Assembly (NCBI RefSeq): GCF_009914755.1
Contig: NC_060925.1
Source of the DNA: the human T2T-CHM13v2.0 reference genome, Homo sapiens
Reading direction: 5' to 3' (one strand)
DNA: 64,000 bases
Shown: in pieces, positions 36,940 to 52,980 of the stretch
Position numbering within the stretch: the first letter of the stretch is position 1
Layout of the letters: the number at the start of each line of letters is the position of its first letter
Translations under genes and position numbers: made by a program
The notes under the pieces: model-generated
Told to the model about the DNA's origin: nothing
Database searches by the model: none
The model's input: the letters and a program-made list of their open reading frames with translations, nothing else

Positions 36940-37570
36940 GGAAGATGTGCGAAAGGGATGGGGGAACGCTGTGGACCGGTGTGGAGTCTAGGACGACAGG
37001 TGGTGGGCTCTGTCCCCACGCGCCTCGCGGCCAGCAGAGGCCCCCTCACTGCGGCCGCCGGGCGGGACTGGCGCGGGCGGCGCTGGGCTGGGCCCGGGAG
37101 GCTGGCATCCCTGGGTGCTCCGGTGCGGTACTAGGGGGCGACGGCTGAGCCGTGGGTGGAGCCGCTGGGTCAGTCTCGGATAGAAATAAACTGGGAAACT
37201 GCTGTGGTCTCTGTTGCTTGCGTGCTCGGTTTTCGTGCTTATCACGCTGATGATGAGGAAGGTGGTTTTGGTTACGGAGTGAGCAGGTGAACGCCTCCCC
37301 GTGGACCCCACCGGACTGGGTGGGGAACTCACAGCTCTGACGCCCCGTGACTGCATCCCCTAGCTGGGCAGAGACGCATTTGGCTCGCCACCAGCCACCT
37401 CCCAACAGCGCCCAGCTCGGGGAGCTCAGGGAATTTGCAGTTGAATCAGGCGTGGCTCCAGGGACCTGAGCTCTGCCTTCAGATGGATCCTAGTAATCCT
37501 CCAGGTGCGGCGGGAGAGAGCAGCCGACCATCCCCAACTCGGCTCAGAGCCTGGGGTCCTAACTCACGTG
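36940..37570. promoter_or_regulatory. CpG island around paralog exon 1
   Basis: Dense CpG/GC tract (GCGGCCGC, GGCGGG boxes) in an otherwise CpG-depleted region. Confidence 0.8.
37253..37286 (+). pseudogene. Paralog exon 1 (ATG AGG AAG GTG GTT TTG GTT..., 1-nt deletion)
   Basis: MRKVVLVT versus MRKVVLIT; 34 nt versus 35 nt; GCAG|gtga donor retained. Confidence 0.85.
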
Positions 37571-39364
37571 GTCATGTATCGGTTTCCAGTTGTTTCATGA
37601 TGTAGAGCTTCTCTCAATTAGGTTTAATTAACAAGTAGAACAAGGACTGGCAGAGCTTCATTGGATGTTGCACCCCTTACAGCTTCCCTCCAATGACTAA
37701 GCATTGGAGGGAAGAATCATTTACCTGTTGAATATGGAAAGAACATACAGACCCTTCAGTGGCTCATCTTGTAGGCCCTTTCTGCTTCTGGCTGTTTTAC
37801 TTATTTGCATTGCCAGTGCAGGGCATAAAAAAAAAGTGGCTATAGACATTAACCAATCCATTTTGCTGCTTTTGAAATCTGAATTTATGGTAGATGCTAG
37901 TACTAGATTAAAAGTTTCAATTAAAATGACTCAGTGTTTAGCATATTTACTTACATTTCCTGTTAATCAAAATTGATGTTTAGGTGCTTGAGGACACCTC
38001 TGCCACATCCAGTGAATCACCACTTCCCTTCTCATGCTCCTAAACAACCCCCAGACTGTCTTCCACCCACCAGTGCCGAAACAGTGCACACGATCAAGAT
38101 AGATTCTTGTTATAAAATTATATTAAACAACTAAATAGTACTAACCAATTTCCAGGCACCGTTCTAAGTGCATTATATATTTTTTTCATGTAATTTTCAT
38201 GCTGTAGGCTAGGCACCATTATTATCCTCATTTTACAGATAAGATAAAGGGATTAGTTATCTTGCCCAAGGTACAGAGCTAGTGAGCGATAGAGTCAGGA
38301 TTCAAATGTACCCAGTCTAGCTCTAGCTTCTGTACTCATAACTACCAAATTGTACAGTTCACAACATGGGCATTCTCTCTCTCTCTCTCTCTCTCTCTGA
38401 ATGTACATAAAAATAAGGTAAGGCTTATTTTTTCTCAGTGAAGGAAGATACACAGTGAAGGTGTTTGGCTCTGTGCTTACAGGCACAGCTGCTTAAGGAC
38501 ATGTTTCAGAGTGAGCTTTAGAGCATTCTTGAGCCATTTGTCACCTTGTGACAATTACAGGGAGACAGAGAGGATATATTCAGTGGCAGGTCATGGTTAT
38601 CATCTTTTTAATACACAGTCCTGTTTGCTTCCTTTGAAGGCTTTCTTCTGAAGACCTGTCTTCCTTTGACCTCCTGTATCCTCAGGTATCCTACTTTTCC
38701 TACTTTCTCCTTCCTGGCCTCTATTTGTATGTCCTCCATTCTTCTTTCTAAAGTCCTAATTTGTTCAAGGAAAAAAAAATCGCAAAGCCAAATAAACACT
38801 TAATTACACTGAATGCTCCTTTTTACATTAGTTATGTTCTCAGACTGACTGGCTAATGAACAATGAATTCATTCATTTATTCATGCAGAAAACGTTTGCT
38901 GTTTGCCCCTAGCTGTGATGATTAAACTTACTCATGGCATTGTATATGCCCATGAGGAACTTGCAAACTGCTTGAGAAAATAAAAATTGTATTAAAATGG
39001 TTGATAAAGATGCTGTCTTTAACACTTGCTATGGATGGTTTGTAATCACCCTTAGATATCAGTTGCATAGTAAATTCAGGATGATAACGTGCCTCAGAAT
39101 AATCTCAATAGAGCAATGAGCAATGGAAAAGTACAGCTCTCATTGTTGACAGTACACTAAGTAAGCGGCTATTAGAGTGTGAGTTCCCTCTTTCCTTTAC
39201 CTTTTTTTTAAAAAAAAAAAAGATTTTTAAGGCTTTAAAAAATCTTTCCTTGGGCTCCTGCTTGGAACCAAAGCAGTCAAAATCAGTTTTCTGAACCAGA
39301 GAGAAATGCCTCTACCTGATGCCATCCAGATAATGCACATTCTGTGTCTGAACTGCCCTCCCGG

Positions 39365-39564
39365 TGGCATTGACCTATCCTTCTGCAGCAGCTGCTGGTG
39401 GAAGATGATGAGCTTCACCTGTGTTTGCCATGCAGGAACATGAGCAATACAGAAGCTGTCCATGCAACTCTGCTGGCCTCTCACCATACGGTCAAGGTCA
39501 CCACGATGCAGGTGGATGGCAACCTGCAGTCAGTGCTCCAGGCCTCTAAGGAACTCAAGCAAAA
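39365..39564 (+). pseudogene. Paralog exon 2 (acceptor AG>GG, 1-nt and 3-nt deletions)
   Basis: About 84% identical to 7227-7430; ORF 39398..39601 reads [15 protein letters not shown]...ASKELKQK. Confidence 0.95.
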
Positions 39565-39964
39565 GTATGCCTGGACAGTCCTCATGAAATGGTATCTCTG
39601 ATTTCTATTTCAAGATGGCAGACTGAGCACTCGGTAACTGCCTTTTCCTTCCACATCGAATCTGGAATACACATATGTGAGTGCAATTACAGAAGTTTGG
39701 AGTGGCATCAGGGGATCCGCTGTGGAGGTAGAAGATTCTAGGAACTAGAAGAGAACAAAGGAAATAAAAAATGGTGATTGGTTGGGATACAATGGAAATA
39801 GCAGGCAGGTATGTAGGCCCCTGTAAACATCCCCTTGTCCTTTCTTAGAGCAGATTTCAAGTTCTTGATCCTTTAATCTTCTGGCTGTATATGCTCCTTA
39901 TTTTTCCTGTGATTCAGAGATACTTTTCTCTCTCTCCAATCCAAACTCTCATATTTACTGCTCC

Positions 39965-41620
<1,656 letters not shown>

Positions 41621-41702
41621 TACCAATGGGAGTATTTAGAAACTTGACAAACAGTTTATAAGAGTAATATGGATGTATAAAGATGTGAGACTAGCTAAAC
41701 AA

Positions 41703-42298
41703 TTTTTTTTTTTAGACAGTCTCACTCTGTCGCCCAGGCTGGAGTGCAGTGGCACTATCTTCTGCCGGGTTCAAATGATCGATTCTCATGCCTTAGCCCC
41801 CCTAGTAGCTGGGATCACAGGCGCATGCCACCACACCTGGGTAATTTATGTATTTTTTAATGGAGATGGGGTTTTGCCAGCCAGGTGTGGTGGTTCACAC
41901 CTGTAATCCCAACATTTTGGGAGGCAGAGGTGGGTGGATCACTTGAAGTCAGGAGTTCAAGACCAGCCTCGGCAACATGGTGAAACCCCATCTCTACTAA
42001 AAATACAAAAATTAGCCGGGCATAGTGGCACATGTTTGTAACCCCAGCTACTCGGGATAGTCACCTTTAGAAGGTAAGGTCTAATGAAAGGGATGCAGAG
42101 GTAGCAGTGAGCTGAGATCACGCCACTGCACCCCAGCCTGGGTGACAGAGCAAGACTCCATCTCAAAAAAGAAAAAAGAAAATAAATGGGGTTTCACTAT
42201 GTTGACCAGGCTGGTCTCAAACTCCTGGCCTCAAGTGATCTGCCTGCTTCAGCCTCCCAAAGTGCTAGGATTACAGGTATGAGCCACCACACCTGGCC
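41703..42298. mobile_element. Nested Alus: + AluS (about 41879-42185) inserted in a - Alu
   Basis: Outer Alu resumes at atggggtttcac; atggggttt duplicated at both junctions. Confidence 0.85.
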
Positions 42299-43259
42299 CC
42301 ACACAATTTTTAAATAGAAAAATAAGTAGGGAATATATTATATATATATTAAACTATATTATAAAGCTATAGCAGTTACAGTAGTGTGGAACTGATGCAG
42401 AAAATAATAAATTGAAGAAAACAAAATCCAGCACTAGTTCTATAAATGGGTGTCATTAAAATTTAGGGACAAGTAGTGGGTGGGACAATTGACTATATCA
42501 TGTGGAAAGATAAAGTTAGTTATCTTCCTCATCAAAGTCACAAAATTAAATGCTACATCAGTTAAAGGCTAAATGCAAATAAATAGATGAACAAATGAAT
42601 GAATAAAAATCCATAAACATATTAGAAAACAGAAGAATGTGATCATGAATTTGGAATTAAAACAGGATTTTTAAACAATACCCCCAAATCAAAAACCATG
42701 AAAAAAAAATGGGTGAAATTGACTATAAAAAACCAAATTACTGTTTAATAAGAGATACTAGAAATGAAGTTAAAAAACAAGGGTGAAGCTGGAAGAAGAA
42801 TATTCACAACATATAAAATAAATAAAATATTAAAATCTAGAAAATAAAATTATACTACAAACCATTAAGAAAATGACAACTCTATAGACAAATGGGCATA
42901 GTATAAAAATTGGCAATTCTCAGAAGAGGAGACTCAATGGCAATGAAGAAAAATGCTCAACCTCATTAGTTCTCAGACACATGTAAGTTAAAATTATAAT
43001 GCAAGACATTTCACACCCATCAGATTGGTAATAATAAACAAGCATAAAATTGTGTGGCTAGTGTACATAAATTGTGATAGTCACCTTTGGAATGTAAAGT
43101 CTAATGAAACTTTAAGTGTAACTTATGAACAAGCACTGATGATTTTTTGGGTGTCCTTCCTAGAGAAACTTTCCTACTTGTGCACAAGGAGGCAGGTACA
43201 ATGATTGGAGGCTACCTAATAGTAGCTATTCATCTATTTATCAATAGATGAATAGCCAA

Positions 43260-43563
43260 CCCATTCATGGATGAATAGATTAATGGGCTAATGGATTCAT
43301 GGGTTATTATGAAAGTAGGAATGGTGCCTTTGTGAGAAGAAGAAAAGAGACCTAAGCTAGCACATTATCATGCTCAGCCCCATCACTGTGTGATGTCCTG
43401 CACCACCCGGGACTCTTGAGAGTCTCTACCTGCAAGAATACCCTCACAGATGTGCCCTTGGATGTTGGACTTCTCAGCCTCCATAATCGTAAGAAATACA
43501 TTTCTTTGTAAATTACCCAGATTCAAGTATTCTACTATAAGCAACAGAAAACAGACAAAGACA
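43260..43563 (+). mobile_element. MST-family MaLR LTR fragment
   Basis: ...AAATTACCCAG...TATAAGCAACAGAAAACAGACAAAGACA end. Confidence 0.7.
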
Positions 43564-43669
43564 GCTATTCTCTCAGAAAGGAACAACTTTTTGATTTTTA
43601 ACTAAATAGCACATTGAGTAAAATTTCTTTTTCTTTTATTTTCTTCTTTTAAAAAATCGTCTGTTTCAG

Positions 43670-43784
43670 AAAGGTGATTCATGTATTCTCCATAGCTGAA
43701 GAACCGCTGACCCAGAATGGCAAGATTACTGCTGATGGGCTCTAGAAGGTGTTTGAAACCAACGTCTTTGACCACTTTATCCTG
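43670..43784 (+). pseudogene. Paralog exon 4 (in-frame TAG at 43743-43745)
   Basis: 115 nt like exon 4, about 83% identity, tttcag| and |gtaaaa sites intact. Confidence 0.95.
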
Positions 43785-43875
43785 GTAAAAGGGCTTTGAG
43801 CTTTATAGGCTCATCTACTCAGTGTTACAATTCTAATGGCAGTGCTGTTCTATTAAACTAATAGTTTTTGGCTAA

Positions 43876-44502
<627 letters not shown>

Positions 44503-45954
44503 TAAAGGGTAAATTTTGAGGGAGAAAGTGCAAACCAAAGAGAATTTGCATATAGAATGATCTGAGACATGTAGACTGGTCCCATAAAGAACGTTGTTTT
44601 CTGCTAAGCATATCTCCATTTAGAAGAGGACAGCAGGAAAGTTAAATGGAAGGCACTTTTTCATGCCCATTTGTTAGATGTGTCATGTACTAACAACTGT
44701 CTTAGATTAGTTAAATTTGTCCAATGTCAGTGTCAGGTACTGATGAAGAACATTAAGCACAGGTTAGACCAGTGTTCAAAAAAATTAGTTTTATCTCTTT
44801 CCAAATGTAGAGATTTTCTGGCTTCAGTGAAATTTTCTTCTGTGCTCTTTCCTGAGTCACATATGTCATACATAGTACTACTTTAATATCTGAATCAAGT
44901 AATTCCTGACTCTGGTAGGGGTCAGATGTAATTTGTTGATGTTGGATAAAGTACTTTTGCATCTAGAATTGCATGTCACAGAATTTGCGTCTCATTATAC
45001 CCAGGGGCAATATTCAAGATAGGCAACAATCAGATGGCATATGGGAGTCAAGTAGTCAGAAGAAATGTAAGCCATAGAACTAGAACAGAGTCTTGGAGCT
45101 TCCTAGAGGAAGAGGAAACCAACTCTTTAGTCAATGAGGTTTGGGGCAGGGCAGGGGAAGAGGAGGGGGAAGCGGCACCAGCAGGCTCAGGCTTTGTTAT
45201 TATATTTACCCACTGGTGTGGAAGTAGTCCAGAACTTAAAAACCAATACAGTTGTACTGGATAAATATTTGAATCATAATTCTATTGCTAAATATTTTAT
45301 GATTTAGCTCTTTAACTCAGTCTATTTCTTTTCATCCCTCTACAGTATAGAGGTTCCATGTCCAAGTTCCAAAGCCAAACTGTCTGCTTTCACATTTCAG
45401 CTCCATCACTTATTAGCTGAAGGACTTTGAACAAGTTACTGATCTTTCTGGATTAAGTTTAAGTTTCCTCATTTGTAAAATAAGAGTTAATAGTCATTAC
45501 CTCATAGAAGTATTGAATATTAAATGAATGAATATATATATATATACACACATACAATTGCATATGCATATATTAAGTTTCTCATAGAATGCTTTTAATT
45601 AAACAATATAAACTTCCTTATTCGGATGAATGGAATAAAAACAGAAGCAGAGTGGGGCTACAAGTTTTTATTTTTGCTCCTACATGGTGTGGATTTTCTT
45701 TATGAATAGGTGGATGTATGAATAGAGATTTGGAATCTTACAGCACTTTGGAAACAAATCTTGTTGTAAAGTTAATGTGTATGTTTTTATAAGCTGAGAC
45801 TTCTTCAGTTTTCTAACATGGCTCTTCCCCAGTTTCTAATATTCAATGTATTATTTAAGGTAAAGCGAATTGATATAACCCCCAAATCTCAATGGATTTA
45901 ATGCAATACTTGGTTCTTACTTACATAAAGTCTATTTAGTGGTTAGAGGGGTAG

Positions 45955-46507
45955 TGTTAAAGATATGTGAATGAGAACAACTCCATCTTGAATAGGAACT
46001 GGGTAAAATGAGGCTGAGACCTACTGGGCTGCATTCCCAGATGGTTAAGGCATTCTAAGTCACAGGATGAGATAGGAGGATGGCAAAAGATACAGGTCAT
46101 AAAGTCCTTGCTGTTAAAACAGGATGCAGTAAAGAAGCCAGCTCTAACCCACCAAAACCAAAATGGCCATGAGAATGACCTCTGGTGGTCCTCACTGCTA
46201 CACTTCCACCAGTGCCATGACAGTTTACAAATGCCATGGCACGACAGAAAGTTACCCTATATGGTATAAAAAGGGGAGGCATGAATAATCCACCCCTTGT
46301 TTAACATATCATCAAGAAATAACCATAAAAATGCGCAACCAGTAGCCCTTGTGGCTGCTCTGTCTATGGAGTAGCCATTCTTTTATTCCTGTACTTTCCT
46401 AATCAACTTGCTTTCACTTTCCTCTATGGACTCGCCCTGAATTCTTTCTTGTGAGAGAGCCGAGAAGCCTCTCTTGGGGTCTGGATTGGGACCCCTTTCC
46501 TGTAACA
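45955..46507 (+). mobile_element. MER41A solo LTR
   Basis: CAACTCCATCTTGAATAGG...GGACCCCTTTCCTGTAACA, 553 bp, 4-bp TSD GTAG. Confidence 0.88.
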
Positions 46508-47112
46508 GTAGGAGTCCTTGCTCTGCTTCATACAGTCACTCAAGGATCCAGACAGATGGAGGCTCTGCCTCTTTTTATCCATGGATTTTGAGATTACTCT
46601 GTCAATATCCATTTAGCATTTAGGGAAGAGAGAACATTACATGTGGGAGGTTTATATGAGCCTGATCTCAAAACGTACATAGGATTTCAGTTCACATTCT
46701 ACCAGCAAAAGTAATTTATATGACATACCTAACTGGAAGGGAAATTGGAGAATAGATTCTAGCTGAGTACACAAGAAGAAACGAACATAGGTTTGGTGAA
46801 TAGTTAGCTGTTGTTACTACATGTAGAATGAGGCCGATAACACAACCTGGCAGCTTGTTTCTAAGGATCAAAGATAATGCCTTTAAAGTATCCAGCACTG
46901 TTCCTGGAACCTAGGAGGTCCTCAGTAAGTTATAATGCCATATGAAGATTATTTTTATTATTATAGCTGAGGAACTGTTTTGGTTGTCTTTATTCTAGTG
47001 TTTTTGGGCTTGGTTGCGTTTGCTCATTTATTTATGCAGGCGTCAAATATTTCTGCAAACTCCCACATCACATTTTAAGATGCAGTTTTTTGTTGTTGTT
47101 GCTTGACCTCAG

Positions 47113-47296
47113 CTTCAAGAACTACAACCTCTCCTCTGTCATCTTGATTATCTTGGATACAACCTACAGTGCCTGGAAATCCCACTGTTATTATCAGGCT
47201 TGAAAACATCCAGCACAGCAAAGGCCAGGAGCCAGGCAGCTCTCCCAGATCACCACTGCCCTGAGTGTGGCTTTGAACAGAGACTTCAACCAGCAA
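47113..47296 (+). pseudogene. Paralog exon 5 (indels; YSSSK replaced by GSSPR)
   Basis: LQELQPLLCH start, ATCCAGCACAGCAAAGGC and TGAGTGTGGCTTTGAACAG blocks; |gtgagg donor. Confidence 0.92.
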
Positions 47297-47801
47297 GTGA
47301 GGCCTGTCTCAGTGATATGGAAATAGCAGAGCAGGAGCTTCTTTGTTACTGTTGAATTCCTGATTATAAGGCTGACTAACGAAAGAATTGCCGTCATTTC
47401 AGAAAGTTCAGTATAGTCACTTGAGCTGGATTGCTGTGAGGATAAGATAGGACACAAGTGTTGCTAGTTGGTATAAAAGAACATTTTAGAGTAGTGAATA
47501 TGTGCTTATGGCACTCTACTTATATGTAGCCCATTCTCTTGCATTCTGAAACTCTCTGGGACATCTGATTTATCTAACGAATGATAATAAAGCCATGGCT
47601 ACCTGCTATGGGACTGTCCTGGGCTCTTTATGTGTATTATAAGCTTGTGAGGTAGCTGTAATATCTCCATCTTCTATCTTCCAGAGGAGAAAACTAAGGT
47701 ACAGGAAGGACAGTACTCACCTCAGATCACAGGTTGGGATCTGAGGTGTAAATTAATTACAACACTTTCCTTTTCAGCGTATGCACTATTTGAGTAACAT
47801 A

Positions 47802-48269
47802 TGTGAAAAGAAAGTATCTTGGGACCCCAAAATCACTAAGGAAAACTCAAGGTGGAAACTGATAAGACAAACCTGCCTCCCATTCTATTCAGCATTATCC
47901 CCTCTGCTCACTGAGATAGATGCATATCTGATTGTCTCCTTTGGAAAGGCTAACTGAAAACTCAAAGAATGCAACCATTTGTCTCTAACCTACCTGTGAC
48001 CTGGAAGCTCCCTCCCGCTTTGCTCTGAGTCTTCCTGCCTTTGCTTCAAGTTGTCTCACCTTTCCAGACCCAACCAATGTACTTCTTACATATATTGATT
48101 GATGTCTCATGTCTTCCTAAAATGTATAAAACCAAGCAGTGCCCCGACCACATTGGGCGCATGTCATCAGGACTTCCTGAGGCTGTCTCACGTCCTCAAC
48201 CTTGGCAAAAATAAACTTTCTAAATTAAATAAATAAACTCAGACCTGTCTCAGATTTTCTGGATTCACA
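47802..48269 (+). mobile_element. MER4A-family solo LTR
   Basis: TGTGAAAAG...CCCCAAAATCACTAAG...GGATTCACA, 4-bp TSD CATA. Confidence 0.85.
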
Positions 48270-48994
48270 CATACATATAAGGATTACCAGATTGTTTTGT
48301 TTCTGGCAAAGCTGGACCTGATGTTAAAATTGGATTTTTTTTAGTCCGTTTCCTATGAATTAACATTGCTCTTCAGCTACAGGCTAGATGATGACTACCT
48401 TCCCACCGGTGGTGGAGCCTACCTCACTGAATGGAGAAGGCAGGGAAGAGAAGAAGAACATGAGCTGCTTGTGGGCAAGCCAGCTCTGGAAGAGCTGAAC
48501 CACACAGGCTCATCCCCTTTGCTTAATCTCGCCTATAAGATAAATCACTTTCATAGAGAGGGTAAGCAGGAGGTGGCAGGGGGTGTGGGAGCATCTGAGC
48601 AGTGTCATGGAGCCACATGTTATGGAGCCTGTGGAGACTTCAGCTATATACATGTGAGACAGAAGAGTGAAAAAGGCAGTACAGTGTAATTATGAAAGTG
48701 GTTTTGACCTGATAGGCCCCCTGATCAGTTTAAGGACGGATGTTCTAATACCAACTATTGTTCCTTCATGTTTTCTCTGGGCTCACCGGGTGAACCTTTG
48801 CTCCCAGAAAGTTCTGGATTGGGTTAGAACAGCTCATGAATGAAATTAACTCTAAGGTCACATTCTACCCAGAATTCAGTTTTGCTCTCAGTTCTCTCTT
48901 CTAATTCTCAGTTGTGTGCTCTGTTGTTCGATATAGCTCTCCAGAGATGAAGCAGTGAGCTTCAAGGACAACAGAAATACCCAGTACCAGTTAT

Positions 48995-49422
48995 TGTGCT
49001 AGACCCCTATTGACTCCAGTAGTGGTGGCCACTGTGTCCAGGAGGCCAAAGAAGAGGTCTGGAGCCAGTGAATGAGACATAGTGTTTATTGAGGACTCAC
49101 ATACAGGGAGGTCCAGGAGTGGCAGGCTGGACTAGAAAAATGCTACGGTTCACAAAAAGCACACAGTTATATAGCATTTCCACTTAGCAGCCTCCGCCTA
49201 GTAACCTGCATTTAGCCCAAAACAAAGGGCCTCAATCCCCCGTATAGGCTGTGTCCCAAGGGATGGGCCAGGGAATTGGATGTTCTTCATAGATAAAGAG
49301 TACATCTCTTGGTTGGTACTTCCAGATTCTTTAACTTGGAACCCTGAACATATATGCTTCTTAGACCCAGGGTATTCTCAGGGTATGCTTGAGTTATTGC
49401 TATCAAGTGCATCTGCCATACA
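48995..49422 (-). mobile_element. ERVL LTR (LTR47-like)
   Basis: Reverse complement starts TGTATGGCAGATGCAC...AGCAATAACTCAAGCATACCCTGAGAAT. Confidence 0.7.
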
Positions 49423-50819
49423 CCAGCAATGTACAAAATCCCTCAATTTGGACACCATGCGTATGACCTCATTTTAAAATTTTCTGGGAAAAATTAATGT
49501 CTGAAGATGAAAATTCCTCTCCCATGTAAGTTAATGTTTCATTATGTCCTCAAATCATCCTTCTTCATTGCTTTGTCCACTATAGCCATCATGCTCAGAT
49601 GTTTAGGGTGAATAGGGCTGTCTCCAGCATCTGTAACCTGAGTAACCTGAGCTGCCTATTACTGGAATAGCCATTATTCCCTTAGAACTCTGTGACCGGA
49701 TTAATCAAAGCCCATTCTCTCATCACCCTCTCCTTAAAGAATCTATAGTATGAATAGGACACATAAGATTTTCCTAGCACTAGCCTCACACCCCAGGCTC
49801 CTAGAAACTACAAACAAATCTTGAGCCCCTATAGCAGTCATCCTAAGCAAACTTCAGAACCCACATTGCTATTATTTGCCAAAGACCGTAGCAGAGACTT
49901 TGTGGTAGAGTGTGAAAAACAAGAGAAAAGAGAACATTGTGTGGTTTTTCAGTTTCACTTGTATGCTTGGCTTCCTGTGCAGCTATCTAGAGTTTAACAT
50001 ATGGAAGAAATCACCCATCATGAGGTTTACTAAGGCACTTTGCCATATTTGCAAGAAAATGCACCTAAGCATATTTTCTGTCAGAGAATAGCATATGAGA
50101 CATTTCTTCTAGCAAATTTAAAAAGTTTATGTAGTGGCCAGCCACTATGTCTTTGCTTGAAATTCCCCTTTTCCCTTTTATGCCTATTTAAAACCTTTCA
50201 CTTCTTTTCCCTCTTAAGTCTTATGTCCCCAGAATCTCACTGCTACACTGGACTGTCTAGTGACACGTTTGTGGCTGATGTGCCCCAACGACTCACCTTG
50301 TAGCCTCTCCTTCTCCAAGTCCTGATCTCTTACTCTTTCTTTGGATTTCTTCAATCCAACAAAGTTCAAGACATTTTTGAACTTGATGTGGCTGTGGCCT
50401 TTGCTATTGTCCCCTTGCTCTGAAATTTCTTTAGGCCTATAAAAACTTGATTTTAGGGACAGTCTCTCCCTTGTCACAGGTTTACTTCAGCTAGAGAATC
50501 ATCTTCAGCATATACCTGAACTGAAACTGCTGTTAGTAATTCCAGAGTCTGGCTGCAAGGGACCCAGTGAAGGCCAATACTTGTAGTGCTATGTGCTGCC
50601 CAAACTTTACCCTTTCTGTATGTTTGCATGTTAGAAGCTTTGAATAATTTGTACTAGTAATGTCAAGTCCTGGACCAGTCTTTTGGCTTCCATGTGTTTT
50701 CTTTAGTCTGTTTCACCCTCCTGGTACTTTCCTAAGCATGTTCCTTCAAGGTATGTGCTGCAGTAACTTTCCCACTTCCAGTTACTGTCACCTTAACACT
50801 TTCTTATTTAATGCTTTAA

Positions 50820-51137
<318 letters not shown>

Positions 51138-52980
51138 AATGCTTTAATTTTTATATGCTGAGTTCCTTTCACATCTGGTTCCATCTTATATAATCATCTA
51201 GCAGAGCTGTTCTGCAGTCTTTAAGGAATAGTTGTAAATGTGTGTGTAATCATCTCTCTGTAGCTTGAAGGGTAGGGAGGAGTCATTTCAGTTTGCCTTT
51301 CTGCTTCTGTTCAGATTGTTGGAATCTGGTCACTCTTGCTTATCCTATAAACACTGAGCTGGAGCTAGGCAAGGTTGGAGTGTATTACCCATTCTTGAGG
51401 GCATCTGGGATTTTACTTAAGCCACAATTGTCATGAGAGGTTTGAGCTCCTTTTCTATAAATGGGGAATAGGGTAATGATAGAATATTTCTTTCTGAAGG
51501 CTCTATTGGCTTTCTTGATGAGAAAGGACCTGGGAAAGAACTAAACAGGACTATTCCTTTAGAAAGTTTATGTTATTGGTGGTTGTCCAGTTTCAGAGAA
51601 GTAGAATAATAGATTTAAATAGTTCACATACCTCTTGTAGAGAGTTTCAGGATTACCTGCATTTTTCCTTGAATTAAACTCATGGTGTGATTACAATGAA
51701 GGGCCCACTGGGCTGTGACTTCCTACCTGGTTAGTTTTTTTGTCTAATATTGATTATATGTGTTGGAGACTCTGAGTTTTAGCTCATAGATTTTCTCAGC
51801 TAGAAACTGAGTGGTGCTAAAATAAAAGAGAAATGCAGCTTCTCAGCTTTTCTGAGCACTCCTTGAGATAAGACACATTCCCCTCTTTGAGGAGGGGGGC
51901 CTGGATAGATATTTATAAAATGCTTACCACAATATCTGCTATATAGTGGCTATAGCTATATTTGTTTATTAAAATAAAAATAAATAAACAATGAGTTGCC
52001 AAGAGCTGTGATATTGAGCCTAAGGCTATTCACCTGACCTTTTCTGGGGATGTTATGAACTTCTTATTTAACCACATAAGTAGCATGAGAGGAGATCTGC
52101 TTTAAGGGCCAACAGACTTCCCTACTGCTGCCTGGAGGAAGAAAGCAATAGGCTTCTTTTATTTGGGGCACAGGCAAAACAGGGGCTGTCTCATTTACAC
52201 TGGTATTTTCTAGTCTTCACTTAAATGAATAAAATGAGGATTAAAATAAAATAAAGATTAAGATTAAAATGAATTGGTATAAAAATACTAATTCATATAT
52301 AATTAAGTATAATGTATATATGATTATATATGACATATATTTTGATTATGCTTATAATAATTATTATTTAAAATAAACTAAAATTAAGATGACAAATAAT
52401 AAATGTGTTCTTAGGATAAATTATCAATAATTAAAATAAATAGTTGAAAATTAAGCCATTATAAAATACTAAAGCAATTCTGCTGTGGTTAACAAATCAC
52501 TAAAGACCAAGCAGTGCTTTTAAATGGAATAAAATAGCTACAAGCCACCAACAGAAGTTTTGTGTAGACTGAGATTTTCATTCTGGCAGAACTTACTAGA
52601 GGGATGTGACCCTGGGCTAAACATCTCATTTTGAGCTTTCCAGCTCCAGTCTTTTTCTAATGACTAGAGCATCTACCTCAAGCTAGAGGCAAAGGATATT
52701 GTATCTCTGGGACCACTTCTTCTTCCCCAATCAGTTCTTAGGTAAAGGCATGGTATAGCTGTCTAATTTTTTATACTACAAGTTTCTAGGAATAGAGGCT
52801 TTCTTTTATGTCCCGGGTTCCTTTTACATGATAGACACATAATAGTTGTTGAACTGAAGAGATCTCCTATTTCAAAGAAAATTGACAGAGTGTGCTTAGG
52901 ACAATATCTTGCATATGAAGATGACATGGTAATTATCTGATGAATCAAGAACCTCATAGTGCCCCTCTCTGTGTCCCCAG

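Noticed and set aside
45955-46507. MER41 as an interferon/STAT1 enhancer
   Set aside because: This copy is the shorter MER41A type; I do not see the tandem TTCCGGGAA GAS motifs typical of MER41B.
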